Virus record (IMG/VR): IMGVR_UViG_3300023179_005665
Span: 1 to 59,501 of that record
DNA length: 59,501 bases
Strand: one strand, 5' to 3'
Source of the DNA: a virus
Taxonomy: Duplodnaviria > Caudoviricetes
This document shows, in pieces, positions 48,850-57,680 of the stretch. Numbering within the stretch: position 1 is the first letter of the stretch; the number at the start of each line of letters is the position of its first letter. A program made the position numbers and the translations under genes. The notes under the pieces are model-generated. The model saw only the letters and a program-made list of their open reading frames with translations, did no database searches and was not told where the DNA came from.

Positions 48850-51504
48850 TTACTTGATTGAATCACTCACCGCTTTTCTGAATGATTCAACATCATCCAG
48901 TTTACTAGACCAAACACCATTTCTGCGATAATACCCGCTATCATTCAATACAGCCAAAGGATTATCTGCCTTAAGTTCACGCAGATTGCCTCGACTGTCT
49001 GTGCTACACACAATATACTTGAGCATCGGCTGTTTGTCAAGAGTCTCTTTAATTTCTTTTCTGAGGTCATTGACATTTGACAACTTATTCTGCAAAGAAC
49101 TATCGCTCTTGATAGTTTTAAGCATATCATTATTGCTCGGATAAAGTTTGGTAATCCAGTACGACAGTTTATTATAGGCTATATTAGCAGATCGAATATC
49201 TTTGCTATTAATACCATTAATACCCATACCATGTAGTATCTTAGTAATATGAGCAAAGTAATCTACTTGCTTAAACTTACCAAGATCAAATGGACTCTTG
49301 CTGATAGTTACAGCAAAAAACTCCATAACCATACACTTATCTACAAGATCAATAATAGCTTGATCATTGATATACTTAGCATAATCCAACCCAAACATAT
49401 TCAAAATATGCCACAAGAAATTCTTGTCGATTGAATACGAATTATAGTAATAATGACTCTCTTTATTTTCTTGCTTGGAGTATTCAGCCTGAGCGTACTC
49501 TATCAAACCATTATATGCTGACAGATCTTTAAATTCCTTGTTATATAGATCCTTCAGACCCTTCTTAAAGAAGTCATTGAAACTAACAAGATTATATCCA
49601 TCCTTGATGAGTTTCTTAGCATAACTATCTTTAATAGCAAAAATCTTAGTATCTCCAAACAATTGCTTAATATTACTATCACAATCTTTGTCAGCAATCA
49701 TTTGTATAATACTTTCGATACTAGGACAATCTCCAACGGAGGCATATCGTAGAATAGGAATATAGACAATAGTATCTTGATCCAAAATACCGTCTCTTTC
49801 TGATTGATCTGTTATCTCTTCTAGATAACCAGCATCATTCATAAGATTGTCACTTTTAATGGCTTCTGCACTATCCATATCTCCGTAAATCAAAAAGATA
49901 CTATCACTACTAACAGAACCAAGAGGATCGCGGGTTCCTTTATTACGGTTAGTATTAGCAATCAATGATTTATGTTCAGACACTAACACAACATTAGATT
50001 CTCCACCAATATCTCTAATAATATCATCAAAACCTTCGGCTGAATCTTCTGGAGTATCACTATCGACCATAAGATAAGCATAGCAATCATTTTGATTGCA
50101 ATATTTAGTCACAATCTTTTTGGCAGTCTCGGCTCCCTTAAGATCGCATCGGAAAAATACAAGTTTTCCAGCCTTGCTACTACCGTAGTATCCATACGCT
50201 TTACCACTAAGGGTTTCATAATGAATTTTATCAGTAAGATAAACCATACGGCGACTACGATAACCAGCAGTTCTATAATTAAAAGCATACAACTGCTTAC
50301 TCTTCTTGAATTTATACTCAAGGTCTGAGCCGCTTTGAAGATCATGCACCTTACCATTTGGATCAGTCCAAGATGCACCAGCAGTCCAGCCACCAGCGAT
50401 ATCACTCAAATTATAATATGTTTGATATGCTTCAACTAGACTTTTAGCACCAGCAAGTTTATTAGTCATATCTTCCTTGAGTTGAAGATAAATATCCTGA
50501 GTTCTATCGCGTAGAACTTGGATTACTTGCTTAGTATACTGCAATCCTTCTCGACTAACATCCATTTCCAATTCACCAATACCAAATTGAATTTCAAGGT
50601 ATAGACCTTGATTAAGGATTTCTCTTACAAGATTCTTCCAGTTATCAACGTCAGCCTTTCGGAAAGCCCTATTCCATGCCTGAATATGATCTGGCTGATC
50701 TGGTCGATCTTCGCCAACAATTTTACTAGCATCAACAGGGTATGCAATATTACCCATGATAGCGACCACGCCGCTACCGGGGCTATTGTGTTGACTAGGA
50801 TATTTAGTCCAATCACTACTAACTCGCCCAATCTTCCACCCCTTTCCTTCGATCACAACATTGTGATGAGAATAGGTATTATCATTCAGTGATGGGCAAA
50901 CACCACCATCAATAATGGGCTTGAGTCTAAAATAGTGGAAAACTCGTTTGGCCTTGGTGCTAAATTCTGTAAAATCATGCTGCTTAACAGCAAACTTAAT
51001 TTCAAGACCGTTAGGCTCCTTGGCATCAGTGACCCCAAAAAGGTTCAGACTAGGAACTCCATTATCATCCATAGCAGCAATATAAGCATAAGCCTTGCCG
51101 TTGTAATAAGAGGTTGTGGTAAAACTCTTAGTATAAGCAAAAGGACTTTTACTACCAAGACCAAGACAACCCACAAAATCATTGCTATCGTTCTTATTAC
51201 TGGCTCCGTATGTTGTATACAGATTCTCCATATCTTCCTGACTCAATCCTGTGCCGTAATCACGCACAATAAAATTAGGATTGGCCTGTGTGGGCAGGGT
51301 AACTTTAAAAGGATTCTTATTTCCCGCCGCAATATGACTATCGTATGCGTTTGTAGACAGTTCACGAATAACTGCCATGATCTTATCGGAATATAAAGAG
51401 TCCGAAAGAATACGAAACATTTTGGCGCTTTGTTGAATCGTGAACCTATTATGAGATTCAACGCCGCTGGAATGAATTTCGATAGTCTTGTCTGCCAATT
51501 TCAT
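48850..51504 (-). CDS. rIIA: rIIA-like protein (GHKL ATPase N-terminus)
   Basis: LYSDKIMAVIRELSTNAYDSH, RDYGTG, STK-like SNK, GCLGLGSKSPFAY, SREGLQY. Confidence 0.9.
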   Translation of the reverse strand: MKLADKTIEIHSSGVESHNRFTIQQSAKMFRILSDSLYSDKIMAVIRELSTNAYDSHIAAGNKNPFKVTLPTQANPNFIVRDYGTGLSQEDMENLYTTYGASNKNDSNDFVGCLGLGSKSPFAYTKSFTTTSYYNGKAYAYIAAMDDNGVPSLNLFGVTDAKEPNGLEIKFAVKQHDFTEFSTKAKRVFHYFRLKPIIDGGVCPSLNDNTYSHHNVVIEGKGWKIGRVSSDWTKYPSQHNSPGSGVVAIMGNIAYPVDASKIVGEDRPDQPDHIQAWNRAFRKADVDNWKNLVREILNQGLYLEIQFGIGELEMDVSREGLQYTKQVIQVLRDRTQDIYLQLKEDMTNKLAGAKSLVEAYQTYYNLSDIAGGWTAGASWTDPNGKVHDLQSGSDLEYKFKKSKQLYAFNYRTAGYRSRRMVYLTDKIHYETLSGKAYGYYGSSKAGKLVFFRCDLKGAETAKKIVTKYCNQNDCYAYLMVDSDTPEDSAEGFDDIIRDIGGESNVVLVSEHKSLIANTNRNKGTRDPLGSVSSDSIFLIYGDMDSAEAIKSDNLMNDAGYLEEITDQSERDGILDQDTIVYIPILRYASVGDCPSIESIIQMIADKDCDSNIKQLFGDTKIFAIKDSYAKKLIKDGYNLVSFNDFFKKGLKDLYNKEFKDLSAYNGLIEYAQAEYSKQENKESHYYYNSYSIDKNFLWHILNMFGLDYAKYINDQAIIDLVDKCMVMEFFAVTISKSPFDLGKFKQVDYFAHITKILHGMGINGINSKDIRSANIAYNKLSYWITKLYPSNNDMLKTIKSDSSLQNKLSNVNDLRKEIKETLDKQPMLKYIVCSTDSRGNLRELKADNPLAVLNDSGYYRRNGVWSSKLDDVESFRKAVSDSIK

Positions 51505-51548
51505 TTGTTTTCTCCAAAATTTCCTGTGAGTATCGAACCTGTCTCCGT

Positions 51549-51577
51549 AGTATACTATCGGTTGTCGGTCTTGTCAA
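51549..51577 (-). promoter_or_regulatory. Sigma70-like early promoter for rIIA
   Basis: TTGACA-17 nt-TATACT, 45 nt upstream of the rIIA start. Confidence 0.75.
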
Positions 51578-51824
51578 CCTTGAATTTCTTTTTGCTGCTA
51601 CTAAGAACTATTTTAAGTCCTATAAAAGCATCCACTAATCCGTAGTATCTAATTGCTGGGATAGGTAAAAGAAACCACCAGACCCCAACAAAAATACAAC
51701 ACAATCCTAATAACCATACTATGAATCGCGGCATCCAATCAAATAAAGAAAATAAATAACTTAATGGGCCTATGAGTAAAACCACAATAAAAATTAAGGA
51801 TACAAGCAAGGCCAAACTAGCCAT
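51555..51824 (-). CDS. Membrane protein
   Basis: Two to three hydrophobic segments. Confidence 0.65.
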   Translation of the reverse strand: MASLALLVSLIFIVVLLIGPLSYLFSLFDWMPRFIVWLLGLCCIFVGVWWFLLPIPAIRYYGLVDAFIGLKIVLSSSKKKFKVDKTDNR

Positions 51825-52141
51825 TACTCATTATCCTCGTTATCGTCATAATTTTCTTCCCAGTTATTTACTTCTGGTAGCCAGCCCTCATTAGACTGAT
51901 AATCCTCATCATGATCTTCTTCATCCACAATAGATTCAGTATCTTCTATAAAAATAGTTAATGTATTAAGTATTTCTAATATTTCATCTAGTTTAGAAGA
52001 TAATCCTCTTACTTCTTTTCTGAGATTTTGAATATCTTTGTCCAATAAACTTATTTCTTTAGAAAATTTATGATCTATCCTATTAAGGTCTTTGTTGCTT
52101 TTCATTACCTCTTTAATAATATTATCAAAATCACGAGACAT
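51824..52141 (-). CDS. Coiled-coil protein with acidic tail
   Basis: Heptad pattern; coupled to neighbours. Confidence 0.6.
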   Translation of the reverse strand: MSRDFDNIIKEVMKSNKDLNRIDHKFSKEISLLDKDIQNLRKEVRGLSSKLDEILEILNTLTIFIEDTESIVDEEDHDEDYQSNEGWLPEVNNWEENYDDNEDNE

Positions 52142-52433
52142 TTTTATATTCCTTTATATCCCCATGCTGAAGAATTTTTTTATTTTCATAGTTTTCGGCC
52201 ACTCGTCTATAGAACTCTTGTTTTATATTCTCTAATACACCAGTTATCATAACTATTTTATTATAAGAAGGCTGAGCCATTAATCCTGTTAAAATACGAG
52301 AAAAAGTATAGTTAATATCCCCTAAAATTTCTTCCAAAGAATCCGTATTATATCTACCACCATCCAAACAATTGACCATTTCGGCTATACAATCATCTAA
52401 TCTTAATCTGCGATTTTCTTCAATATATGGCAT
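52131..52433 (-). CDS. Conserved phage protein
   Basis: MPYI...GDINY...GVLENIKQEFYRR...YENKKI..GD motif common in phages. Confidence 0.7.
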   Translation of the reverse strand: MPYIEENRRLRLDDCIAEMVNCLDGGRYNTDSLEEILGDINYTFSRILTGLMAQPSYNKIVMITGVLENIKQEFYRRVAENYENKKILQHGDIKEYKNVS

Positions 52434-52435
52434 AA

Positions 52436-53674
52436 TTATATTATTCTCCTGATATTTTTGGATAGTAGTAACTTTTTCTCACCAGTAAGAGTATTTTCTG
52501 CAAAAATAGATACAGTATTTATTCCTCGTATAAAATATTTACGATTTAGTGAAATATCAAATCCATGATATTTATTTTCAAATTTGTACAAATCTTTTCT
52601 ATATTTGGATGCTTGAATAATATAAGTATTATTATTTATCATAATTTTTACTAAAATTTCATCTTGAGTATTTCCACTATCAAGAACCCACCCACGTATT
52701 CTGAATAGGTTTAATGTATCAACTTTAAAAATAATTCTATCTTGCCAGGTTTTTTGAATAATATTTATTGAAGGTGGTACTATTTTGTATTCTATATTTC
52801 CTAAAGATTTTTGAATATTCAACGATCCACCTGTTATAACTTTATTAGATAACGATTCTAGTTTATCAACACAATCAAATATTTTATGTTTTATTTGATC
52901 CACATTTAAATCACCATATTTATTACATATCGCTGCTATTGCTCCTGCGATTTGTGGAGCGGCCATGCTTGTTCCGCTCATATATCCGTAAGTATTATTT
53001 GGCAAAGTAGAGTATATTGATGTGCCGGGAGCCGCGATACTAACAGTATTTTTCCCATAATCAGAATACCCCGCCAAATCATTTTTATCATAATTCAAAG
53101 CAGCAACACTAATAATATTAGGCTGGTTATATGAACTAGGATATTTTGGAGAAACATCGTGGTTGGAACCAGTATTCCCAGCACTTGTTACAAAAACTAT
53201 ATTGTTATCATTAGCATTTTTTATAGTATCTTCTAACAAATTAGAATAACCAGATGAGCCGCCCCAACTATTGTTAATAGCAACAATATCTATACCATAT
53301 TTTTTTTTCATCATTATAGCATAATTAATAGCATTAATAGCGTCTCCAGTATATCCAATACCTTTATTATCTTGAAATTTTAAGACCATGATAGATACTG
53401 GACCATAACCAGCAACAATTCCGGCAACATGGGTTCCATGACCATAACCATCTTGCACATTATTATTGTTATTTGCAAAATTCCAACCATTTATATCATC
53501 AATATAACCATTATGATCATCATCAAAACTATTATTTGGTATCTCGTTAGGATTATGCCAAATATAACTTTTTAATGAATTATGATTAAGATCTATTCCG
53601 CTATCTATAATCGCTACAACTGGAGTTAAAACACATTTATTTTCTAATATCTCTATCCCTAGATTAGTTTTCAT
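52436..53674 (-). CDS. Subtilisin-like S8 protease with C-terminal beta-sandwich
   Basis: IIDSG, NPNEIPNNxxDDDxNGYIDD, GHGTHVAG, SAGN, GTSMAAP. Confidence 0.92.
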   Translation of the reverse strand: MKTNLGIEILENKCVLTPVVAIIDSGIDLNHNSLKSYIWHNPNEIPNNSFDDDHNGYIDDINGWNFANNNNNVQDGYGHGTHVAGIVAGYGPVSIMVLKFQDNKGIGYTGDAINAINYAIMMKKKYGIDIVAINNSWGGSSGYSNLLEDTIKNANDNNIVFVTSAGNTGSNHDVSPKYPSSYNQPNIISVAALNYDKNDLAGYSDYGKNTVSIAAPGTSIYSTLPNNTYGYMSGTSMAAPQIAGAIAAICNKYGDLNVDQIKHKIFDCVDKLESLSNKVITGGSLNIQKSLGNIEYKIVPPSINIIQKTWQDRIIFKVDTLNLFRIRGWVLDSGNTQDEILVKIMINNNTYIIQASKYRKDLYKFENKYHGFDISLNRKYFIRGINTVSIFAENTLTGEKKLLLSKNIRRII

Positions 53675-53756
53675 TAGAGTCCTTTCAGGAGTTTGAATCT
53701 TTTATGAACTAAACATGAAATTTAGCAGAAATATAGATTTTGTCAATAGAAAAATT

Positions 53757-54284
53757 TCATTGGTCACTACCACATTTACATTGATAAGTATGACAATAAC
53801 TGCATTTTGGTCCAGGCGTAATCCCTCCCCACGCATTACTTATGCCATTAAAACTTTCTTTTCCAGTATCAATACAAACCAACTTAGCACATTTATTTCG
53901 TTTTACTAAACCTACATTATACCAATGACAATCCCAAAACTTTAATCCTGTTTGATTATAGATATTTTCAACCAGATTTTGAATATCTTTCATAGTTTTG
54001 TCATTATGGTTAACCGAATATGCTCTTTCGGTGATATATCCCCAATCGCTAGGTTCATCGGGATCATAACCATCTTCAGGCATAAAATTTAATCTACAAA
54101 GTTTACTATAAATTTGCGGAGCCAAATCATATTGAGCTAATTTTTTTTGCAAACTAAGGCTCTCTTGGGCTTTCTTTTTATTCTTAAACTCTTTGAATAC
54201 CCAACCTTGTTTATCTTTAATAGGATAAACCTGACAATATCCACCCTCGTCGCTCCAACCACTATAGTCTATTAAGTATTCCAT
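53757..54284 (-). CDS. Protein-kinase-like protein
   Basis: GGYCQVY, FKEF, LAPQIY, catalytic-loop-like DCHWYNVG, IDTG (DFG-like). Confidence 0.7.
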   Translation of the reverse strand: MEYLIDYSGWSDEGGYCQVYPIKDKQGWVFKEFKNKKKAQESLSLQKKLAQYDLAPQIYSKLCRLNFMPEDGYDPDEPSDWGYITERAYSVNHNDKTMKDIQNLVENIYNQTGLKFWDCHWYNVGLVKRNKCAKLVCIDTGKESFNGISNAWGGITPGPKCSYCHTYQCKCGSDQ

Positions 54285-54285
54285 G

Positions 54286-54603
54286 TTAGTATGAAATAAT
54301 TACGGGAATTTCTCCAGTAAGATAGTATATAAATTGTCTAGCGTCGTTTAAATTATAGAATTCGCCAAGAAAAATGGGACCACTCATAACATCATCAATA
54401 TATCGTTTTCCATAAACTCTATAGAATGGATCGTCTATGGCACCCCAAGCGTCTGTTAAAAAATGTTCAGCATCTTTAACTTGTTCTATGATGGTTCCAT
54501 TTTCGTAATCATCATATTCACGAACAGTAATAAGTTCAAAATATTGTATAGGCGATTTAGGATTATTATTTTTTATTAATCCATTACATAACCTATTATC
54601 CAT
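54286..54603 (-). CDS. Hypothetical protein
   Basis: 105-aa ORF in operon. Confidence 0.6.
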   Translation of the reverse strand: MDNRLCNGLIKNNNPKSPIQYFELITVREYDDYENGTIIEQVKDAEHFLTDAWGAIDDPFYRVYGKRYIDDVMSGPIFLGEFYNLNDARQFIYYLTGEIPVIISY

Positions 54604-54607
54604 TACG

Positions 54608-54925
54608 CTATATCCTATATAAAGGCATTACCGTATTTTGATCTATATAAGGATTATTTTGAAGCCTCAGATCAAACAAATCTCCTGAACTATTTATTCT
54701 AGCATATGCTGCCGGTTTTGCAAGTTTATTATTTAGTTCGTCAACACTTTTACGAAGTCTTTTAAGTTCATCTTTAGCATTATTTACCCAAAACATATCA
54801 GCGCCACTTGCCCAAGCAAAATCAATAATAGATTCAAGAGGATCAGAGTTTTTATCCATATAAGTTGCCAGTTCTATAAAGGTTCTTCTTATACAATCTT
54901 CCCAGTTTTCATATTCTTCTATCAT
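54608..54925 (-). CDS. Hypothetical protein (paralog of 56138..56329)
   Basis: DPLExxIDFAWASGADxFWVNNAKDELKRL shared. Confidence 0.65.
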   Translation of the reverse strand: MIEEYENWEDCIRRTFIELATYMDKNSDPLESIIDFAWASGADMFWVNNAKDELKRLRKSVDELNNKLAKPAAYARINSSGDLFDLRLQNNPYIDQNTVMPLYRI

Positions 54926-55142
54926 TTTCTAATTTTGCTATTTTTTCTTCTAAAATTCTTACTCGTTCATGAATATCGTAATCGGCTATTGCTGGAAGGT
55001 CTTTAACTGGTGTTTTACCATCTCCAACATGAACTGTCAACCAAGTTCCATCTCCTAGTCTATCATATTGAATAGTCTCGCCTCTTTTTGGAATGTATAG
55101 ACTATTCTGAGGAGCTTTACCCATCATAAATTCAGCTCTCAT
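54909..55142 (-). CDS. Hypothetical protein
   Basis: 77-aa ORF; VGDGKTPVKDLP resembles the Mtd_N-type GDG motif. Confidence 0.55.
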   Translation of the reverse strand: MRAEFMMGKAPQNSLYIPKRGETIQYDRLGDGTWLTVHVGDGKTPVKDLPAIADYDIHERVRILEEKIAKLENDRRI

Positions 55143-55143
55143 A

Positions 55144-55986
55144 TTAATAGAATAAATTCATAGTATCAAAATATTTTTTACAATCTTCGTTACTATTATC
55201 ATAGCCATTTTTAGCTATTGATATGAGTTGAAATTTGGGAATTGGTTTAGAGAAATTATATTTGTTAGAGTATTTTTGTACAATGTCTTTATGTATAGCA
55301 ATAATATCAATAACACAAAAGGGGAATATTTCTTCTTTGTCTATATTTATTAAGTTTTGTCCATCAATTAAGAAATATCTATAATCAATAGAATCTAAAA
55401 CATCAAAAAGATCTTTTGGTCGTCTATTTTGTAATCTCAAACAATGACCATTTACCTCTATAAGCATAGGTGGCTTATTAGAGTTTAATGTTTTAGTTGC
55501 TCCTAAAAGAGCTTGAGCTTCATTACCTTCAATATCTAATTTGATCGCAGATACGGGTCTACCATCTACTATATCATCTATAGTAGAGGAGGTAAAAGCT
55601 CCGTTGTCATCATTTTTAGCAGAGCCGAACGGCCCATAATCTGAATTAAAAGAGCATTTCCTTGAACTATCCAATAGGATTTTATTATGTATCTCTACAT
55701 TAGAAATTCCATTGAAGGTTTTTTCTAGACAATCAGTATTCTTACTCGCCCCATCAATTAAAATCATTTTCTTATTATCAAACATAGCAGGAATAAAAGA
55801 AAATGTACCTATATGAGAGCCACAATCAAGAATATAGGAGTTTTCATTAGTATCAAGTATAAACTTATTAAGGATTACCCAGTTATGATATCCGTATAAT
55901 TGTTTATTTTTGATGTATCTTACTACCGGATCTTCACTATCAATATAGTATATAGATTTTCCATTAATCTCTTGAGATACAATCAT
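55144..55986 (-). CDS. FkbM-family methyltransferase
   Basis: LDCGSHIGTFS, IKLDIEGNE, LIEVN. Confidence 0.85.
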   Translation of the reverse strand: MIVSQEINGKSIYYIDSEDPVVRYIKNKQLYGYHNWVILNKFILDTNENSYILDCGSHIGTFSFIPAMFDNKKMILIDGASKNTDCLEKTFNGISNVEIHNKILLDSSRKCSFNSDYGPFGSAKNDDNGAFTSSTIDDIVDGRPVSAIKLDIEGNEAQALLGATKTLNSNKPPMLIEVNGHCLRLQNRRPKDLFDVLDSIDYRYFLIDGQNLINIDKEEIFPFCVIDIIAIHKDIVQKYSNKYNFSKPIPKFQLISIAKNGYDNSNEDCKKYFDTMNLFY

Positions 55987-56013
55987 TTTATTACAATCCT
56001 TATTTTAAGATGG

Positions 56014-56178
56014 TTAATTGTTTTTTGTAGAATCATAATAGCCAGTATCATATCCTTGTCCATGACCCACAGTATAAGCTGCCATGAGCCATTTTATAAT
56101 CTCATCAGTTGTATTTTCTGCAACATTAAGTTTTATCTCACTGATGATTCGATCTATTCTTGGATATATTAGCCCATG
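56014..56178 (-). pseudogene. Start-less gene fragment overlapping the end of the 63-aa ORF
   Basis: Open frame ...YPRIDRIISEIKLNVAENTTDEIIKWLMAAYTVGHGQGY...* bounded by TAG at 56179-56181 with no start codon near its 5' end. Confidence 0.35.
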
Positions 56179-56329
56179 CTACCGACCCATGAAAGCCAGC
56201 ATCTTTTTCTGCTTTAGCAGTTAGTCTTTTCAGCTCGTCTTTTGCATTATTCACCCAAAAACGATCAGCACCAGATGCCCATGCAAAATCAATAAGGGTT
56301 TCAAGAGGATCAGAAAACTTATCCATCAT
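56138..56329 (-). CDS. Hypothetical protein, probably truncated paralog of 54608..54925
   Basis: Shared motif; similarity ends after AWANI. Confidence 0.5.
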   Translation of the reverse strand: MMDKFSDPLETLIDFAWASGADRFWVNNAKDELKRLTAKAEKDAGFHGSVAWANISKNRSNHQ

Positions 56330-56541
56330 GCAAATCCGATTTTAGTTTTTTCGCCTACCATAACATCAATTTCATTTTCATGAAACCACTTGCTGTCGTG
56401 AGAGCGACCATTCCACCAAGCACACTCATAAGTAACATGATTATTACCACGAATACACACAGCACTAATAGTTCCAAATACATCATCAGCCAACTTAACC
56501 TTACTTCCAATCTTATAAGTATCTAGCGAATTTTTGCTCAT
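56326..56541 (-). CDS. Small SH3-like (DUF2158-like) protein
   Basis: YKIGSKVKL...YECAWWNG...FHENE. Confidence 0.6.
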   Translation of the reverse strand: MSKNSLDTYKIGSKVKLADDVFGTISAVCIRGNNHVTYECAWWNGRSHDSKWFHENEIDVMVGEKTKIGFA

Positions 56542-56578
56542 AAATTTTCCTTTGTTTAAAACGTAATGGTATATGTCT

Positions 56579-56606
56579 ATTGTAGCGTTTGCTTTTTAGA
56601 TGTCAA
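56579..56606 (-). promoter_or_regulatory. Sigma70-like promoter
   Basis: TTGACA-16 nt-TACAAT upstream of 56541. Confidence 0.55.
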
Positions 56607-56618
56607 GAGGAATTAAAT

Positions 56619-57080
56619 ATGAATATTAAATATCATTATAGCAAAGAAAACTTAAGCAAAATTTGTGCCAAGTCTTTTAGTTATAGAGAGTGTTTAACTA
56701 AAATGGGTTTAACTCCTGCCGGTGGTAATTATGCTTCATTAAAAAAACATATTAAACTATATAACATTGATATTTCACATTTTACTTTACAGGGATGGTC
56801 AAAAGGCAAAATAATTGGTCCTAAAAGAGAACTAATAGATTATCTTTCTAACAAGCAAACAATAACAAGTTGGAAACTCAAAAAAAGATTATTAAGCGAA
56901 AAAATATTTGAACATAAATGCTTAAATTGTAATAGTAAAACTTGGCTAAATGAAAAAATTCCACTAGAATTGCATCATAAAGATGGTAATAATATGAACA
57001 ATAATCTTTCTAATCTTGAATTACTATGTCCTAATCGTCATGCTTTAACTGATAATTATAGATCTAAAAATAGAAAATAG
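56619..57080 (+). CDS. HNH homing endonuclease (CPNCH altered to CPNRH)
   Basis: SWKLKKRLL, KCLNC..WL..IPLELHHKDGN..NNLSNLELLCPNRH; convergent with tRNA; start refined to 56619. Confidence 0.85.
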   Translation: MNIKYHYSKENLSKICAKSFSYRECLTKMGLTPAGGNYASLKKHIKLYNIDISHFTLQGWSKGKIIGPKRELIDYLSNKQTITSWKLKKRLLSEKIFEHKCLNCNSKTWLNEKIPLELHHKDGNNMNNNLSNLELLCPNRHALTDNYRSKNRK

Positions 57081-57152
57081 CCCGGATCGGATTCGAACCG
57101 ATACTGTATCGATTTTAAGTCGATTGTCTGCTGCCAGTTGGACTACCGGGCC
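57078..57152 (-). tRNA. tRNA-Leu(UAA), short variable loop, no encoded CCA
   Basis: GGCCCGG/CCGGGCU acceptor, discriminator A, D arm GUC..GAC, anticodon arm AUCGA-CUUAAAA-UCGAU, T arm AUCGG-UUCGAAU-CCGAU. Confidence 0.88.
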
Positions 57153-57247
57153 ATTATACATCTGACTACACAAACCAATTTTATGAGGTTGACTATTGTT
57201 GAGCCTCAAATGTAGTCTATGTAGTCAGAATGTATTTTGTTTTATAA

Positions 57248-57529
57248 TCAACCGTTAGCGTGAGCCTTGAGGCGACGAACAATGTCGGCCATAGCCTCAA
57301 CATTATCAACCGTCTTAACAGGCTTGGCACGTTCCATAGTCGGAAGTTCAATACCCTTCTTAGTCAGAGCGGCCTTAGTACGAGCAAAACGAGCCATTGT
57401 ACTAGCAATCTTCTGACCAGTCTTTGACGCAATTTCCGCATACGTCTTAGACGAAAAAACCGCCTCAAGGAACTGCTCATCACTGCAACGAACACGCTTC
57501 TGCTTCTCAGTCGAAATAAGTTCTGACAT
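57248..57529 (-). CDS. Small basic putative DNA-binding protein
   Basis: HTH-like TYAEIASKTG; strong RBS GGAGG; own promoter. Confidence 0.65.
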   Translation of the reverse strand: MSELISTEKQKRVRCSDEQFLEAVFSSKTYAEIASKTGQKIASTMARFARTKAALTKKGIELPTMERAKPVKTVDNVEAMADIVRRLKAHANG

Positions 57530-57607
57530 AATCAACCTCCAAATCATTTTCCAATTACTTGCCGAATCAAGTTGGTCACGCGACCAATCTCTTGCTTCGA
57601 CTTATGT

Positions 57608-57636
57608 ATTGTACAACAGAGTATCGGTCTTGTCAA
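57608..57636 (-). promoter_or_regulatory. Sigma70-like early promoter
   Basis: TTGACA-17 nt-TACAAT; spacer begins AGACCGA as in the rIIA promoter. Confidence 0.7.
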
Positions 57637-57680
57637 TGGAGAGCCTTGAAAAAAATTTGAGTCACGCCAGATTTTTCTGA

